A model generated the notes under the pieces. That model was given only the letters and a program-made list of their open reading frames with translations, was not told the origin of the DNA and did not search any database. Below, piece by piece: positions 13,700-28,442 of a DNA stretch of 64,000 nucleotides (the stretch's first letter is position 1; each line of letters begins with the position of its first letter). Origin of the DNA: Eledone cirrhosa (Eukaryota). The stretch lies in the NCBI GenBank assembly GCA_964016885.1, contig OZ024746.1:88970001-89034000 (forward strand), read 5' to 3'. The translations under genes were made by a program, and so were the position numbers.

Positions 13700-15230
13700 T
13701 CTTCGCCTAGATATTCCTGGGAGGGATGCAGGGGCAGAGTCCTCAAACACTCCTTCCATCGGATCTTGGCACAAGCAACCGTCTCCAACTGATCCGGCTT
13801 GATCCCCAAACCCGACCAGCGAAGTTCATGAATGTTATCTAGCCATCTTGCTTGGAGATTAACCCTGGGCCTCTTGCCGGTTGTTTTTCCCGTAGAATAT
13901 ATCCAGTGATTCTATACTGGCACATTCTAACCGCATGCCAATAGTATCAGATCTGTGATCTCTCAATTCGCAGAAGTAGCGGCTCTACCTGGAGTGACTG
14001 ACTGATGTCTGAGTTATACACTTTCTCTAGTAACAATACTCCAAAGACCCTTCGGGTGAATTCCATTTCCACCGATTGGTTTCGCAATCGTATTCTTTTG
14101 TTCATTACCCAATATTCATGCTCATAGGTAAAGGTTGACACGAAAACCGAATTGAAGGTAGCGAGCTTGGACTTTTTCGCCTACCTCCCTTCTTCTGATT
14201 ACTGAATGCTGAAGCTGATGCATTACTGCACCACCTTTTGCAATTATTAGATTTAATTCAGCCTCCTGCCTTCCCTCAATGGTATAAACGGACTCGAGCG
14301 ACTTGAACCTGCTTCAGTCGAAATCCATTCCCGTGAACCATACACTGCACAGTCTTCCTTGATATAACGCGTGTCTCGGTTTTTGCAGAACTGAATTTCA
14401 TTCCAGCCATGAAGCACTCGTCATCAAACATATCAAGTGCAAATCGAAGAACAGCTTTTGTCGAGTTAAGTAACACCATGCCGTCTCCAAATTACAACCA
14501 ACTAACATTTTAGACCCACCTCTTCACTCGTATTTAGATCGGGGTCTGCATTCCTTCCAATCATCCCTTTCCATGTCAGGCCATCAGTTCCATGTGCATT
14601 GAAGTCTCCCAAAAGTTTATATGAATCAGTCTTTACTACATCTAATACTTCAGTGATTTTATCAAGGAAGGTCCTGTATTCTGACTCCTTGTGTGGTGGA
14701 TAAAATGTCCCCACCCATAGGGGAACTAACATTCAACCTAAGCTTCAAGTGTCAAATCCTCCCTCTAAAATGGATCCACTCCATTACACATTTTGACAGC
14801 CAGGGGCTTGTGAGTATCTCCACTCCCGCCTGTGCAGTCATTTATGTCGTCACATCTGAATAGTGGAGTGGCCATGCTCCATCCAAATCTACAGTGTCAG
14901 AGCCACAGAAATGTGTTAAGAAAACACGGACTATATTTAGTCAGGGGCATCTATCCTTCTCCACTATTTCCTGTTCCTTGCCTGTAAGAGTCAGGCCTCC
15001 CAGGAGATGTTGCAGTCCCATCCCCAGTTTTGGGGCCATGAAATGGAGACTACAATATATTTTTGGAACTGGCCCCTCTACCTTAGACCTGGAGGACACA
15101 TTTCTTAGCCCACGCGAAGGATGGTGTAGTATGGTTTTTCTTTGTTTTCCTAATCATATTGCAGTTTCAGTTTCTGTTACTTTGTCACACCCGCGAAGAC
15201 GAGACTGATTGAGAGGTGCCCTTTAATCAA
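13700..15230 (-). mobile_element. Degenerate RTE-clade (Rex3/Expander-like) LINE, internally deleted
   Basis: APE endonuclease LLGDFNAH..WKGMIGRNADPDLN (14502-14732) is joined directly to the RT tail TYEHEYWVM..EMEFTRRV..LQVEPLLLRIERSQ (13947-14141). Confidence 0.85.
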
Positions 15231-15964
15231 CTCGTCATAACTACGTAACTGGAGCGTAAGAGTGTGTGTATTTTAATGGCAGCGTAGCAACAGTTTTTTT
15301 TAGCGGTTTTCTATATTTTTTCCTTGGTTGAATAATAACCAGCGGTACATGGATATTTCACAACATATGATTCAGTTGCACGTTTCCCATTCATTTTAGA
15401 AATAGCTTATCAAACAAATCGATACATAATTGTTTGATAAATGCTTGATAAAGATCATAGGGATTTTATAACTTTCTCTGGGTTTCAGGTGTTTTACATC
15501 AAATCTGGACCTACGTAAACATGCTTCCTTTTAGCTCCTATTATATGTATCAGATCGTTCGTTGCAATCATTGATAATGCGGTCATTAAGGCGCACCGTT
15601 CAACAGGAGATTAGTCACTCATACTTGATTTCGATAATTATCTTTCAAGCTTGTTAATTATTTTATCTACCACATTTGTCAAAGCATTGCTTAACCGGAT
15701 AGAAACTCGGGAAGTCAAAACGTAAACGCAGAAACATATGCACGTGATTGTAAACCCACAATCACACACACACACACTCACTCACACATGCACATACACA
15801 TAATTATATATATATATAATTCGTTTTTGAATCTGATTTGTTTTGTCAGTTTTCTTATGTGAGAACATGTGTTGAAACAGATATGGTTATACTTTGGGAG
15901 GAAATGTATAATAAATTGAAGTGAAAATCAATAAGAAATATATTACAAGCAGATATATCTTCAT

Positions 15965-16150
15965 AATTGTTTCTACTTTTGGCACAAGGTCAGCAATTAC
16001 CCAGTTCATTATTGGTACCTTATTTTATCGACCCGGTAAGGATGAAAAGCAAAGTTAACCACGACGGGATTTGAACTCAGACCGTAAAGGGACGTAATAT
16101 GCTTGAGAGCATGGCGTCCGACACTCTACCGATACTGCTAATTCACCGCC
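15965..16150 (-). mobile_element. SINE copy
   Basis: Same family motifs. Confidence 0.88.
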
Positions 16151-16499
16151 CAGATATATCTTTATAATGGATCCCAATATACATTCATTTTTACCTGCTT
16201 TTGCCCATAATGAAATATATTTAAAATCATGTTTATCTTCATCCACTTTCTTCAGAAAATATTCATATTGTAATATTAGCCTCTAGATAAGGTACAATCT
16301 AGCATATTCATTGGAAAGCCAAATTTTATTAAACTAAATATAGTATTTGACTAAAATTCAAACCTTACCCTGATGGGATTTGAAATCAGGAAATAAATAC
16401 CGCTAAGGCTATTCCTATTTGATGTTCTATCAATTCAGATAATCCACCCCTCCCTTTTTTAGCGTAATATTGGTTTCTTATTCTTATAAAGGCTGCTTG

Positions 16500-16681
16500 T
16501 TTAGGCACAAGGCTAGCAGTTTTTTGTCAATTAAGTTGACCCGCCAGTGTGTAACTGGTGCTTTATGTTATCGTCCCCGTAAGGATGAAAGGCAAAGCTA
16601 ACCTGAGATCATAAAGGGCCGTAACTATATGCGGCAGAGCATGGCGTCCGACCCTCTGCCGATACTACCAGTCTACCGCCC
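16500..16681 (-). mobile_element. SINE copy (long form, B-box region deleted)
   Basis: Same family motifs. Confidence 0.82.
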
Positions 16682-17551
16682 TTTGTAGCGTAATATTGAT
16701 ATCTAAAATTATTCATGCACATGTTGGCCTGAATGCACAATCCTTTTCAAACCTTGCTCCAACTATTTGTAATCAGATGTCATATGATTGTATAAAGTAT
16801 AGTGTTACACATTTAAGATTTCATGTGTACCACGAGTTAAATATAACCGGGTGTGCCGCATTTAGACGTGGTCTGTATTGATATCCGGAGAGCTTAACCG
16901 GTTTAACCCTTCATCCCAGGTTGACGATTGATATATGTATTATGACTTTATAACATAATATAAAACGGAGCCAATTATTGAAGGGATTCATTCAAGCTAA
17001 TGTATGGTAGGACTAATTTAATTTCCGTCAAAATTGCCTTTAATTTAACAGAATTGAAAGTAATATTCATCAGGAAATGATTCATCTCAATAGAAATCTG
17101 TTAAAAGATAAAATAAATAAAATGTCTCTTATTCAAAACTTAAATTAACATTTCACATATTACTTGAAATTAATTTTACCTAATTCAAAAATTGTTAATG
17201 ATGCATTTTTTGCGTCTAATTACTTCGAAAGTGTTATCAAATGTTATCAAATTAATTAAATTTATTTCTAACGTTTACCTTATTCGATTTTATAAATAGT
17301 TCAGTGAATCTATGTTGTTACTTGATAAAATAACTGTAAAACATGTTATTTTATTTAGATTTAAAAAGCCAATGACATTTTTAATTGATTAGTAGACTGC
17401 TTCTTCCCCACCGAACATTATCATTCGAATTGCATGTAAATTACATTAATTAACTTTTCCCATTTGAATGTAAGTCAGTTCCTTAGTTATAGAGAACTAC
17501 ACTATAAACGACAAATATATATATGTATATAAATATATATATATATATATA

Positions 17552-18015
<464 letters not shown>

Positions 18016-18437
18016 GTGAATATAACTATAATAATATAAATCATTGTAAATAAATAAAATACAACCATAGAATAAATATATTATATAACAATATACACGC
18101 ACACACACACACACACGCACCTACACACACACTCATATATAAATATATATATATGGAAAGTTATATTTAAATTGTTGGGTTACAACTAGTAAATATTTAT
18201 AACTGATATAAAAGCACTCAACAAGTATTTGGAGTATATTTACGATATTAAATAAATGGAAACTATATTTATAAAACCATTGTTAATATGATATCCCTGA
18301 AATATATATAATGAAATAAATATGGTTTTATAAATATAGTTTCCATTTATTTAATATCGTAAATATATATATATATATTTATAATTATTATAAAATAACA
18401 GGAGGATGGACTGGTGTAATTCCTTAAAAGGTGTATT

Positions 18438-18495
18438 ATACTATGATCATTTCAGTGACCGTATTCAGCATGAATCTGGTGACATCATCAGGTAT
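18438..18495 (-). ncRNA. Hammerhead ribozyme, family C (inverted arm)
   Basis: Reverse complement: atac CTGATGA tgtCacc...ggtCact GAAA tgatca TA gtat; stem III is palindromic. Confidence 0.78.
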
Positions 18496-18716
18496 TCGAA
18501 ATTTGACAAAGGAATTTAATACACGGGGTGGTAGTAGTACGCTATAAGCTTACGCCCCTGCACCAGAAGGACGTAAGAAGACTTAATAATCATCACTTGA
18601 GGGCGGCTGCCCGGGCAGAAACTGCTATATGTTCAGCCGTCCTCTTGTCTCTGCTTTTCAGCCCCATTGATTTTGTCTATTATATTCCTTTATTATATAC
18701 CTTTGTTAAATTTCGA

Positions 18717-18774
18717 ATACCTGATGATGACACCGGATTCATACTGAACCTGGTCTCTGAAATTATCATAGTAT
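18717..18774 (+). ncRNA. Hammerhead ribozyme, family C
   Basis: atac CTGATGA tgaCaccgg...ctggtCtct GAAA ttatca TA gtat. Confidence 0.72.
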
Positions 18775-19003
18775 AATAAAGCTTTTAAGGAATTACACCA
18801 GTCCAACCTCCTGTTATTTTATAATAATTAACACAGTACTAGCACCACCAACAACACAAACGAAGACGGGTGAGTTGCATTACGTAAAATGCTCTCCCTA
18901 ACATTACATCGAGGTTGACCAAACAGAATGACCAGTTCTATCCAGTGGGGAATCAACAAACCTAAATAAATATATATAGATATTATATATAGAAGTTGTA
19001 ACA

Positions 19004-19190
19004 CAACAGGTGGTTCACCATACCGAGAACGATTGTTTCACCTTAGCAGATCTTCATCTAAGGCTGAGGATACGCTAAGGTGAAACAATTGTTCTCGGTA
19101 TGGTGAACTAACAGTTGTGTTACTACTTCTACCTAACTCGTCCCATGGACAGAGTGCTCTACCACTACGCATATCACCTTCCAGTATTCT
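19004..19190 (+). repeat. Family I fold-back element (GAAA caattg TT)
   Basis: 19004-19046 is inverted relative to 19073-19115; second copy at 25905-26017 (-). Confidence 0.7.
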
Positions 19191-19224
19191 ATATCTATAG
19201 TATATATATATATATAGCGAGAGA

Positions 19225-19292
<68 letters not shown>

Positions 19293-19299
19293 TCATAAG

Positions 19300-19406
19300 A
19301 AAAGAGTCAGGACCCCGACAGCTGAGCTCCGGCCGTTTCGAGTGCTAGTCCGGATCAAACCAGTCGAAACGCCCGAAGCTCAGCCGTCGGGGTCCTGACA
19401 CTTTTA
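19300..19406. repeat. GC-rich inverted repeat (family J, GAAA cggccg)
   Basis: aaaagagtcaggaccccgacagctgagct... pairs with ...agctcagccgtcggggtcctgacactttt. Confidence 0.7.
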
Positions 19407-19709
19407 CCCCATACCCACTCCACTACCCTTAGTATTAAGTGCACTGGAGCATTATGGTCCATCTGTCCAGGAATCATGGCCGTTGCCAATATAAGCTTGT
19501 CTTTATTGACTTATATCGAGACAGACAAATTGTATTCACTTTAATTAGTTTATTTCATTAATAGCTAACTTTGTCTGTTGCAATGCAAACACGTTTTGTG
19601 TTTATCATATATTTTAATATTTTAATGTATTTAACTGCTCGGAAATGCCCCTTTTCTTGGAGCTTGTTTATTGTAAACGACTGAGAGTTTATTCTCAAAA
19701 TATAATATA

Positions 19710-19761
<52 letters not shown>

Positions 19762-19964
19762 TATTTACGTATCGAGAGAGAGAAAAAAGGAGAGATAGGT
19801 GATACCTATAGTAATTTGGCAAATAGCGTATGCAGAAGGTGCTCAATACTAGTGCCGGCATTGTTAGACATTAGAGGTGTTAATATCTAGTGGACGAGAG
19901 AGTTAGCAGAGCTTAAGCACATGGAAACATGTATTAACGGACTGTTCTCTTATTTCTTACTTTT

Positions 19965-20198
<234 letters not shown>

Positions 20199-20639
20199 AT
20201 ATACTTTCTTAAGCTTTTATATCAGTGCATTATTCCGAATACGGAAACGCTATGATGGCGGGTGCTGAAGTAATCAGTGTGTGGGCGAAAATGGTGACAA
20301 ATGTTTCGAGAGAACTACCTGTCTACGGATGACATGTCATTCTTAATATTCCATCAACACTTTCAGTATAAAGTATAATTGAAATATATATATCCAGATG
20401 GAGACTATCGTCTGCTCTATAACTATATTGACTATGAGCAGTGTATTATTTTTGAAAGCGAAGTAGCGTCACTAAAAGTTTCACGTATGCATTTATTTTT
20501 TTGTTCAATGTATGTTTAGATATTGTAAACAGAAATTAATCAAGCCCTAGAATAAAGAAATATTAATTCTATAGAGCTTAGATAGCAAGGAGATACATCC
20601 GCTCGGAGAGCTTTAACGGTTAAATCAAAACAGAGACAG

Positions 20640-21620
20640 ATAAACTATCAATCGTATTCTAACCTCGACAATTGTATCCGAACGGCAGCTGAGGAGGTAT
20701 GCAACGTTAGGTTTGTCAAATTTGGATGGCAACAGGCTAGCTTACCTGTCGGAAATGGTGGGCTTGAATAGCGCTCCACAGTGGCTTTATTGGCGTTCTC
20801 TCGTCCGTAATCTCTTGCCGCCTCCTCATCGACAAGGTTCTCCAAAATAGAATGGAGCTGTGATCGAGGAAGGTAGAGGTCACCTGTGAGACTCGGAATA
20901 GGCCTAGACTCAACCCTGTGGACGACTCTTCTTCTTTTCCCACCGTTGAATTCAAATCACACTTGTGCATATGGTGTGCTAACCAGTGAAAGAGGATCTC
21001 GGAGAGACTAGCGCGCCAGCTCAAAAAGCAGCGGCTCGCATATTTTTGACAGTCTTGCAACCCCACAGCCGTACCTGGTTCATGTTTTATCCTCCTTCTC
21101 AACTAGCACGCAGCTGGATAATGTTAGCCTGCGCATCGGTGTTTTCCTGATGTCGGCCTCCAGATCTGCGAGCCACACAAATGTCTCGGATCCGTCGTAG
21201 ACACTTTCGGCTTCCACCAACTTTCATGTCCCTACAGTGCCGACCACCTTCCAGGTCATGCTCCTCCCAACGTGGTCATATATGCATGGCTTGGATGACG
21301 TTGGCTTCCCCTACCGCCTCGAGTCAGTGGAGATGGACCAATGGGACGTCAAAAGGCCAGACGGCATGACTATCTTCCCGTTCTGCGGTAGTAAACTCGT
21401 CGTCTGGCATGGCACAAGCAGAGGCACATTCTCCAATCTGGTGCAGTCTGCGTCTAACCGAGGTTTTGTTGCATTTCGAGCTGACGAGGGTAAAGTCTCC
21501 AAATATCGGTCACTGAGCTAGTTAACCACGATCGTCAGTGAGCTAGCTAACCGCAGGCGTGAGCCTCGGCACCAAGAATGCTTCTACCAGCGCATTTCCC
21601 TGACCATTTCCGGCGAAGCG
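20640..21620 (+). mobile_element. Degenerate RLE-type (CRE-like) non-LTR retrotransposon 3' part
   Basis: LDNVSLRIGV, zinc-knuckle remnants and GFPYRLE...DVKRPDGMTIFPF.GSKLVVW match a restriction-like endonuclease region. Confidence 0.72.
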
Positions 21621-22343
21621 CATTCTCTATTCGGTCCACCAGGGCCATAGGGCGGTCAGCGCGTGGGATCCCATTTGCTTTTAACAGTAAAAGATGGGGA
21701 GGGAGTGAGAGAGATGATGCCGAACGCAGTGGGAGTTTTGTTATTCTGTGCTCGGAGCTGGTGTACATGTGTGTCTAATTTTACACTATTAAAATAAATA
21801 AATTAGAAAGCGTTTTTTATAAGTTTGAAAGCAGAGGCAATGGAAAGTAATTCCAGATAGATCTTGTCAGCAAAATCTAATGTTTTTGCTAATCCATGAA
21901 CTATTATTGGATCCTTTGTTTTCCATGCGTAATTTACGTTAGCCTTAAAGGAGCGTGGATATAGTAAGAAAAACCCAGGTGTAATTCAATGCAATGAATA
22001 TCAGTTGCAATTCTTGGAAACAATGTTACTTTAAGACGTAGTAGCTATTACCTTTGGTCTATTTATTATATTACTCCCACAAATGAGAACGAAGCACGTT
22101 ATCGTATGTGGGACAGCACACCAACAAAACACTTGTTATTCGAAACGGTTATCTGCTTTCGCCGCTAGACAACAGATTATGTATTGCAATTATTTATACT
22201 TCAAAAACGTTTAAACGTATCCTGCTCAGGATTTTTTGCCCATCTTTCACATTATATAGAAGACATATTCTGCGAAAAAGGTTATTTTATTACTAGACAT
22301 TCAAAGCGATTATTTTGCAAAGAGTAAATAGCTGCATAATAAT

Positions 22344-22561
22344 ATTCGTTTCTTATATAGGCACAAGGCCAGCAATTTTGGGGGAAGGAAAGTCGATTAA
22401 ATCGACTCCAGTGCGTAACTGATGCTATATTTTATCGACCCCGTAAGAATAAAAGCCAAAGTTAACCTTGGCGTGATTTGAACTCAGATCATAAAGAGCC
22501 GTAACTCTAGGTTGCAAAACATGGCGTCCGATCCTCTACCGATACTGCCAATCCACCGCCC
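22344..22561 (-). mobile_element. SINE copy (long form)
   Basis: Includes the gtcgattaaatcgac palindrome segment. Confidence 0.88.
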
Positions 22562-23092
22562 TGCAGCATATTAATATTGACTATATTTTCACTACCTATG
22601 CACAGTCTCGCCTCTAAAGATATTCATACAACGCGACTTATATGCAAATATCTTTACTAATGGTTTGGTATGGAAGATTGGATTGTTCAAAAAATCATCA
22701 AATACTCTCTGTGACCCGTGAACATAAGACATTTATCTTTTAACTTTAACAGTTGGAGGTTGGGGACTGTAGCAAATTCGTGTGTACTGTCTTTGTTCCT
22801 TTTGTTCTCTGTGGAAGAAACAGAGAAAAGGGAAATATAGTGAGTGGGCCTGGCAGAACCAGTTATGTGGGGCAGACACCAGGAGAGTAATGGTAGACAT
22901 TACCAAGAGAGGAAATCTTGAAAACGTGCCGAAAGACTTTGCTCTCATGACAAGATAATGAATATAAGACGAAGACAAGGTGGAAGACGAAGAAGAAAAC
23001 AGAGAAGAGAAAGGCGAAGATGAAGGAAAAAGAGAAGTTGATGTTTTAGTCGTAGATGTATGATGCCCTGATTTGAGAAGCAAACCGTGAAA

Positions 23093-23231
23093 TAATTGTT
23101 TCTATTTCTGGCACAAGGCCACCAATTATCTCAGTGTATTCCTTGTACTTTATTTTATCGACCTCGTAAGGATGAAAGGCAAAGTTAACCTCGGCGGGAT
23201 TTGAACTCAGACCATACAGAGCCGTAACTCT
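23093..23231 (-). mobile_element. SINE copy, 5'-truncated
   Basis: Same family motifs. Confidence 0.85.
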
Positions 23232-23253
23232 TTGCTCACACACACACACACAC

Positions 23254-23311
<58 letters not shown>

Positions 23312-23874
23312 GTCCTAAACATGTATAAAAAGTTTGATTATTTTGCTGTTGAAATGTGACTAGATTACTGGGTGCACTATGTATACACACACACGTAAAT
23401 ATATATATATATATATACTTACACACGTATAGGTGCGTGTGCAGACATGTAGATTTTTTTGCTATATTCCTTTAAATGTTTGTGTAAATACATTGAGCTC
23501 ATTATCATAGAAAGCCAGACTTACAGTGGTGATTTATTCAGATGCATTTCAATGTATACATAATTACGTCGGCCAGGCACTTCCGTCTAGACTGTAATAT
23601 TCTCATTATTTTCTTAAGATCGCAACCTGATTTGCCTAATTATTAGTTTAATCACGTAAACACGCACAAATGTACACCCATCCAGACACATACACACACG
23701 CACCACTCCCATATATATATATATATATATAACCAAATATTAATATGGTTCATTGATTACTCAACGAATACAATATTACAATAGATTAGAAGCACTCAAC
23801 CGAGGGGATTTACCTGGTGTGTTTATATTATTCAAAATGTTAATAAATGAAAAATATTCTCATAAACAAAATAT

Positions 23875-23940
23875 ATATTTTATTATACATATTTCAAAGG
23901 CACGATGGTGTTTAAGTACGTTTTCATCAGACAAAATATA
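23875..23940 (-). ncRNA. Hammerhead ribozyme, family B2 (inverted arm)
   Basis: Reverse complement: tattttgt CTGATGA aaaCgtac...gtgcCttt GAAA tatgta TA ataaaata. Confidence 0.75.
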
Positions 23941-24449
23941 TGATTTGATATGTGTCATACCGCTACAGATTTGATTATTCAATTCCAGTATTGGCATTGA
24001 TTTATTTCCCTAAATCTCAACGTGTTTATATCACAAATGATATGATAAACATAAAGAAGAAAAGGACGTAGAGCTAGTTAGAAATAGAGAAGGGGGATGT
24101 AAAGAAGAGGAAACGGCAATAAATAAACAAATAAATAAATATATAAATGCATGAATGAATAAAAGAAGAAAAAAAGAAAAGAAAAGAGGAATAAAAACAC
24201 ATGAGAGGGAAGATGTGGGAAGAGTAAAGAGAAAACGAAGTGGAATAAAGAAAAACGAAGAAAAGGAAAAGGAAAATATGAAATAGTGGGGAGAATAATA
24301 AACTGTTGTATTAAAATGCTAGATAAAATAAGAAATCAAAAATAATATTGTTTGTGGTATAAAAAATGTTGTGATTTGGTGAAATAAATAACTGCTAATA
24401 CTGGAATCGAATAATCAAAACCGTAGCGGTATGTCACATATCAAATCTT

Positions 24450-24514
24450 ATATTTTGTCTGATGAAAACGTACTTAAATACCATTGTACCTTTGAAATAT
24501 GTATATAAAATATA
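24450..24514 (+). ncRNA. Hammerhead ribozyme, family B2
   Basis: tattttgt CTGATGA aaaCgtac...gtacCttt GAAA tatgta TA taaaata. Confidence 0.7.
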
Positions 24515-25069
24515 TATTTTGATTATGAGAATATGTCTCACTTATTAACATTTTTAATAATATTATATATATATATCGATAAGTTAGATGGGTTTGTCCC
24601 CTTAACCACAGCTTACAATTTGTCACCCCATTTAACGTATGTTTATTACACTCAGGTGTAACTTATCGATTTATTGATATCTTCTTTTTGAGTGCATCGT
24701 GCAAATCTGTGAATATTGTTTTCTTTCGTGGATGCTGGCCGAGCGCCGCAACTTTGATTTTACTAACTACCACTATTTATATATATATATGTATATGATG
24801 TATGTGTGGGGATTGTAATTTGCATATTTCTGAATGGTACAAATGATATTACATCATATGTTAAGGGTGAAATATGTGTTAGAGGGTGAAAAGTCATACT
24901 AAAGGAAAATAATATTTCACACGGAAAGAGCTGAAATAACCAATAGACCCAAATGCATCAGCTGACGTAGGACTAGACAAGATTATATTATAGATAATAA
25001 TATACACATTAAAATTATCACAAATGCATTTCAACGAAATGATACCACCTCAGTGATATCGGGTTCATC

Positions 25070-25290
25070 AAAAATTCTTTCAATCAGAGAGCTCACTTCC
25101 CGTGGTTTGAAATACATTCATTTTCTATTGGACACCAAGAGCATCGGTCGTTAGAGCAGTAGTATTCTCACATAGGCTTGTTAACATTAATAATTACACA
25201 ACATAATTTAACGACCGTTACCACAAGATCCTGTCCTTCATGACATTTTTATTTGGTTAAAAAACAACTGAAGGAGACGATATCTTTGAC
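25070..25290 (+). mobile_element. Possible Tc1/mariner transposase remnant
   Basis: Weak FFNQ..AH and PQD..LHDIFLFG.K similarity to FQQDGAPAH / SPDL.P.DFFLWG. Confidence 0.3.
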
Positions 25291-26019
25291 ATCATGGTGG
25301 GGTAATATTGTATCGCTGATAAGGTTAAACTGATAGGATTGTATATTTTCGATATAATAGGATCATATTCGCCCAATCATGCACCTGACCCACCCAGTAA
25401 TATGGGTTATGATTACCTGTCAAACTGGGGGTGGGCATTGCTTAGAATCGTTTTCTAAATAAATAGTATCTATTTCATAATACGAATGTAATTATGTGAC
25501 GTACAGTTTTAGATGACTAATATTTCCCTCTTAGAGAGGGGATAGGAGGTAAGATACATAATGTATGTAACTTAGAGTCAATCTGCGTTTTGTAAAGGGT
25601 TAGTGTAGGCTACTAGCTAAAATTAAGGAGACATTTGCCGTGAATACCTTCGTAAATATTCATGTACCAGTGTGCGTGTAAGTTATTTTCTTCAAGTGTC
25701 TAAATATTTGCTGTCATTTAAATAGCAACAGACAGCCGAAATTGAGCATCTGTACAATGCGAATTAGTATATACTTACACACGTGGACACTAACTCTCAA
25801 ACGCATCATCACAGCTACGCACGCCCTCACACAGAAACACACACACACACACACACACATACATATATATAAAAAATCGTATAACATATTTATTATGATT
25901 CATTTTAGAACACTGGAAGATAATATCTGTAGTGGTAGAACACTCAGTCCATATGACGAATTAGGTAGAAGTGGTTACACAACAGTTATTTCACCATACC
26001 GAGAACAATTGTTTCACGA

Positions 26020-26986
<967 letters not shown>

Positions 26987-27158
26987 TATCGATCATCATA
27001 CCAAAAGTTTAACATTATAAAGAAAAAAAGATGAAATCGAAAATGCAACTGAAGTCTTATTTAAAAAAAATATACATATTTATTTGGTTCCTTTACCGGT
27101 TTCGTAGTTCTTCTGCTTTTCAAAAGTAGAGTTGAGATGGAGGGTCTGTGGTTTTTCT

Positions 27159-27232
<74 letters not shown>

Positions 27233-27286
27233 TGTGTGTATGTGTGTGTGTTTGTGTGTGTGTGTGTGCGTGTGTATATATGTATG

Positions 27287-27317
<31 letters not shown>

Positions 27318-28373
27318 CACCCACTCTTCTACCCAAAGTAGCGAGTACTCTGGTGTTTTATGGTCCACCTGGTTTCTTACCACACTTACTTTGTTGTGTA
27401 TATATATATATATATAAAGTTTTTAATCGTTAAATTGTAAAATTGTATGACTTCTTAGGTATATTTGAATAGTATCGACCTTAACATGTTTCGGGTGAAG
27501 TTGCTCTGTCAATATATCGTTCTGCGTTTGCAGTAAAAGAACTTCTGCTTGGACGTGTTAACTGCTTGGGCAGTATTTCAGGCAACTTTTACCGGCAACT
27601 GTTACCGCAATAATTACCGGGATATTGCATCGATCTAACTCCCCATTATAACTCACTCCGTATCGGTTGAGCTCTTTCTCCTGTCGTACGAGGCGCTGCA
27701 CTTTTAAGCTTCCTTCCGCCAAACTCCTTAAATAATCTGTTTCAGTAAGATACTGCAATTATCTTTTAGCATGTGTAGTTAAACAACAGTGCATACACAA
27801 CATGACTTCACCTTTCTCTAGAAATGGACAGAATTTTTCTGCCGTAATTGGATTACGTGTTGATGAGGGGCCAAGTAAATTTGCTCGTTGTAAATTTCCA
27901 ATTATTGTGAATAGCAAGTTTTTTATCGGGTCAGATCCCTTAACGTAAAAACATTTCTTTCGACACATTAGATCCCCGCCTAGATCGAGACGTGACTAAC
28001 GATCGATAATCGCACACACTGCTCACAAAATAATTCCGCTACAGAATATCAGAAACGAACACGTGGAGATGCGCATGCACACAATCGTCTAAGCCATTAA
28101 CACCCAATTATGTACCGCCAACACACACACCAAACAGCTAACCAGCTAATAATACTAACAACGTATCTTCACTCCCAGCAAATACACCACCAATACACAC
28201 ATACCCATCCATTAATCTAGTCTACTACTACATTCACCTCTGTAGGACCAATACACAAACACAAATACATACACCACATATACACACTCACATATACACA
28301 CACACATGCGTACATACAAACATACTAACGCCAGAGCTTCCTCCCAAACTCCTCTCTCTCTCTCTCTCTCTCG

Positions 28374-28442
<69 letters not shown>

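Larger units (their letters stand above)
18383..18960. mobile_element. Family C inverted-repeat hammerhead element
   Basis: Arms at about 18383-18518 and 18693-18829 are inverted, each with a hammerhead; AT flanks. Confidence 0.72.
23732..24562. mobile_element. Family B2 inverted-repeat hammerhead element in (AT)n
   Basis: Arms at about 23826-23993 and 24395-24562 are inverted around a purine-rich spacer; the tail 23745-23822 is shared with 55378-55455. Confidence 0.75.

Noticed and set aside
22733-23083. 116-aa minus-strand ORF with a signal-peptide-like stretch
   Set aside because: Partly low-complexity, starts at a SINE boundary, no recognisable domain or clear splice sites.
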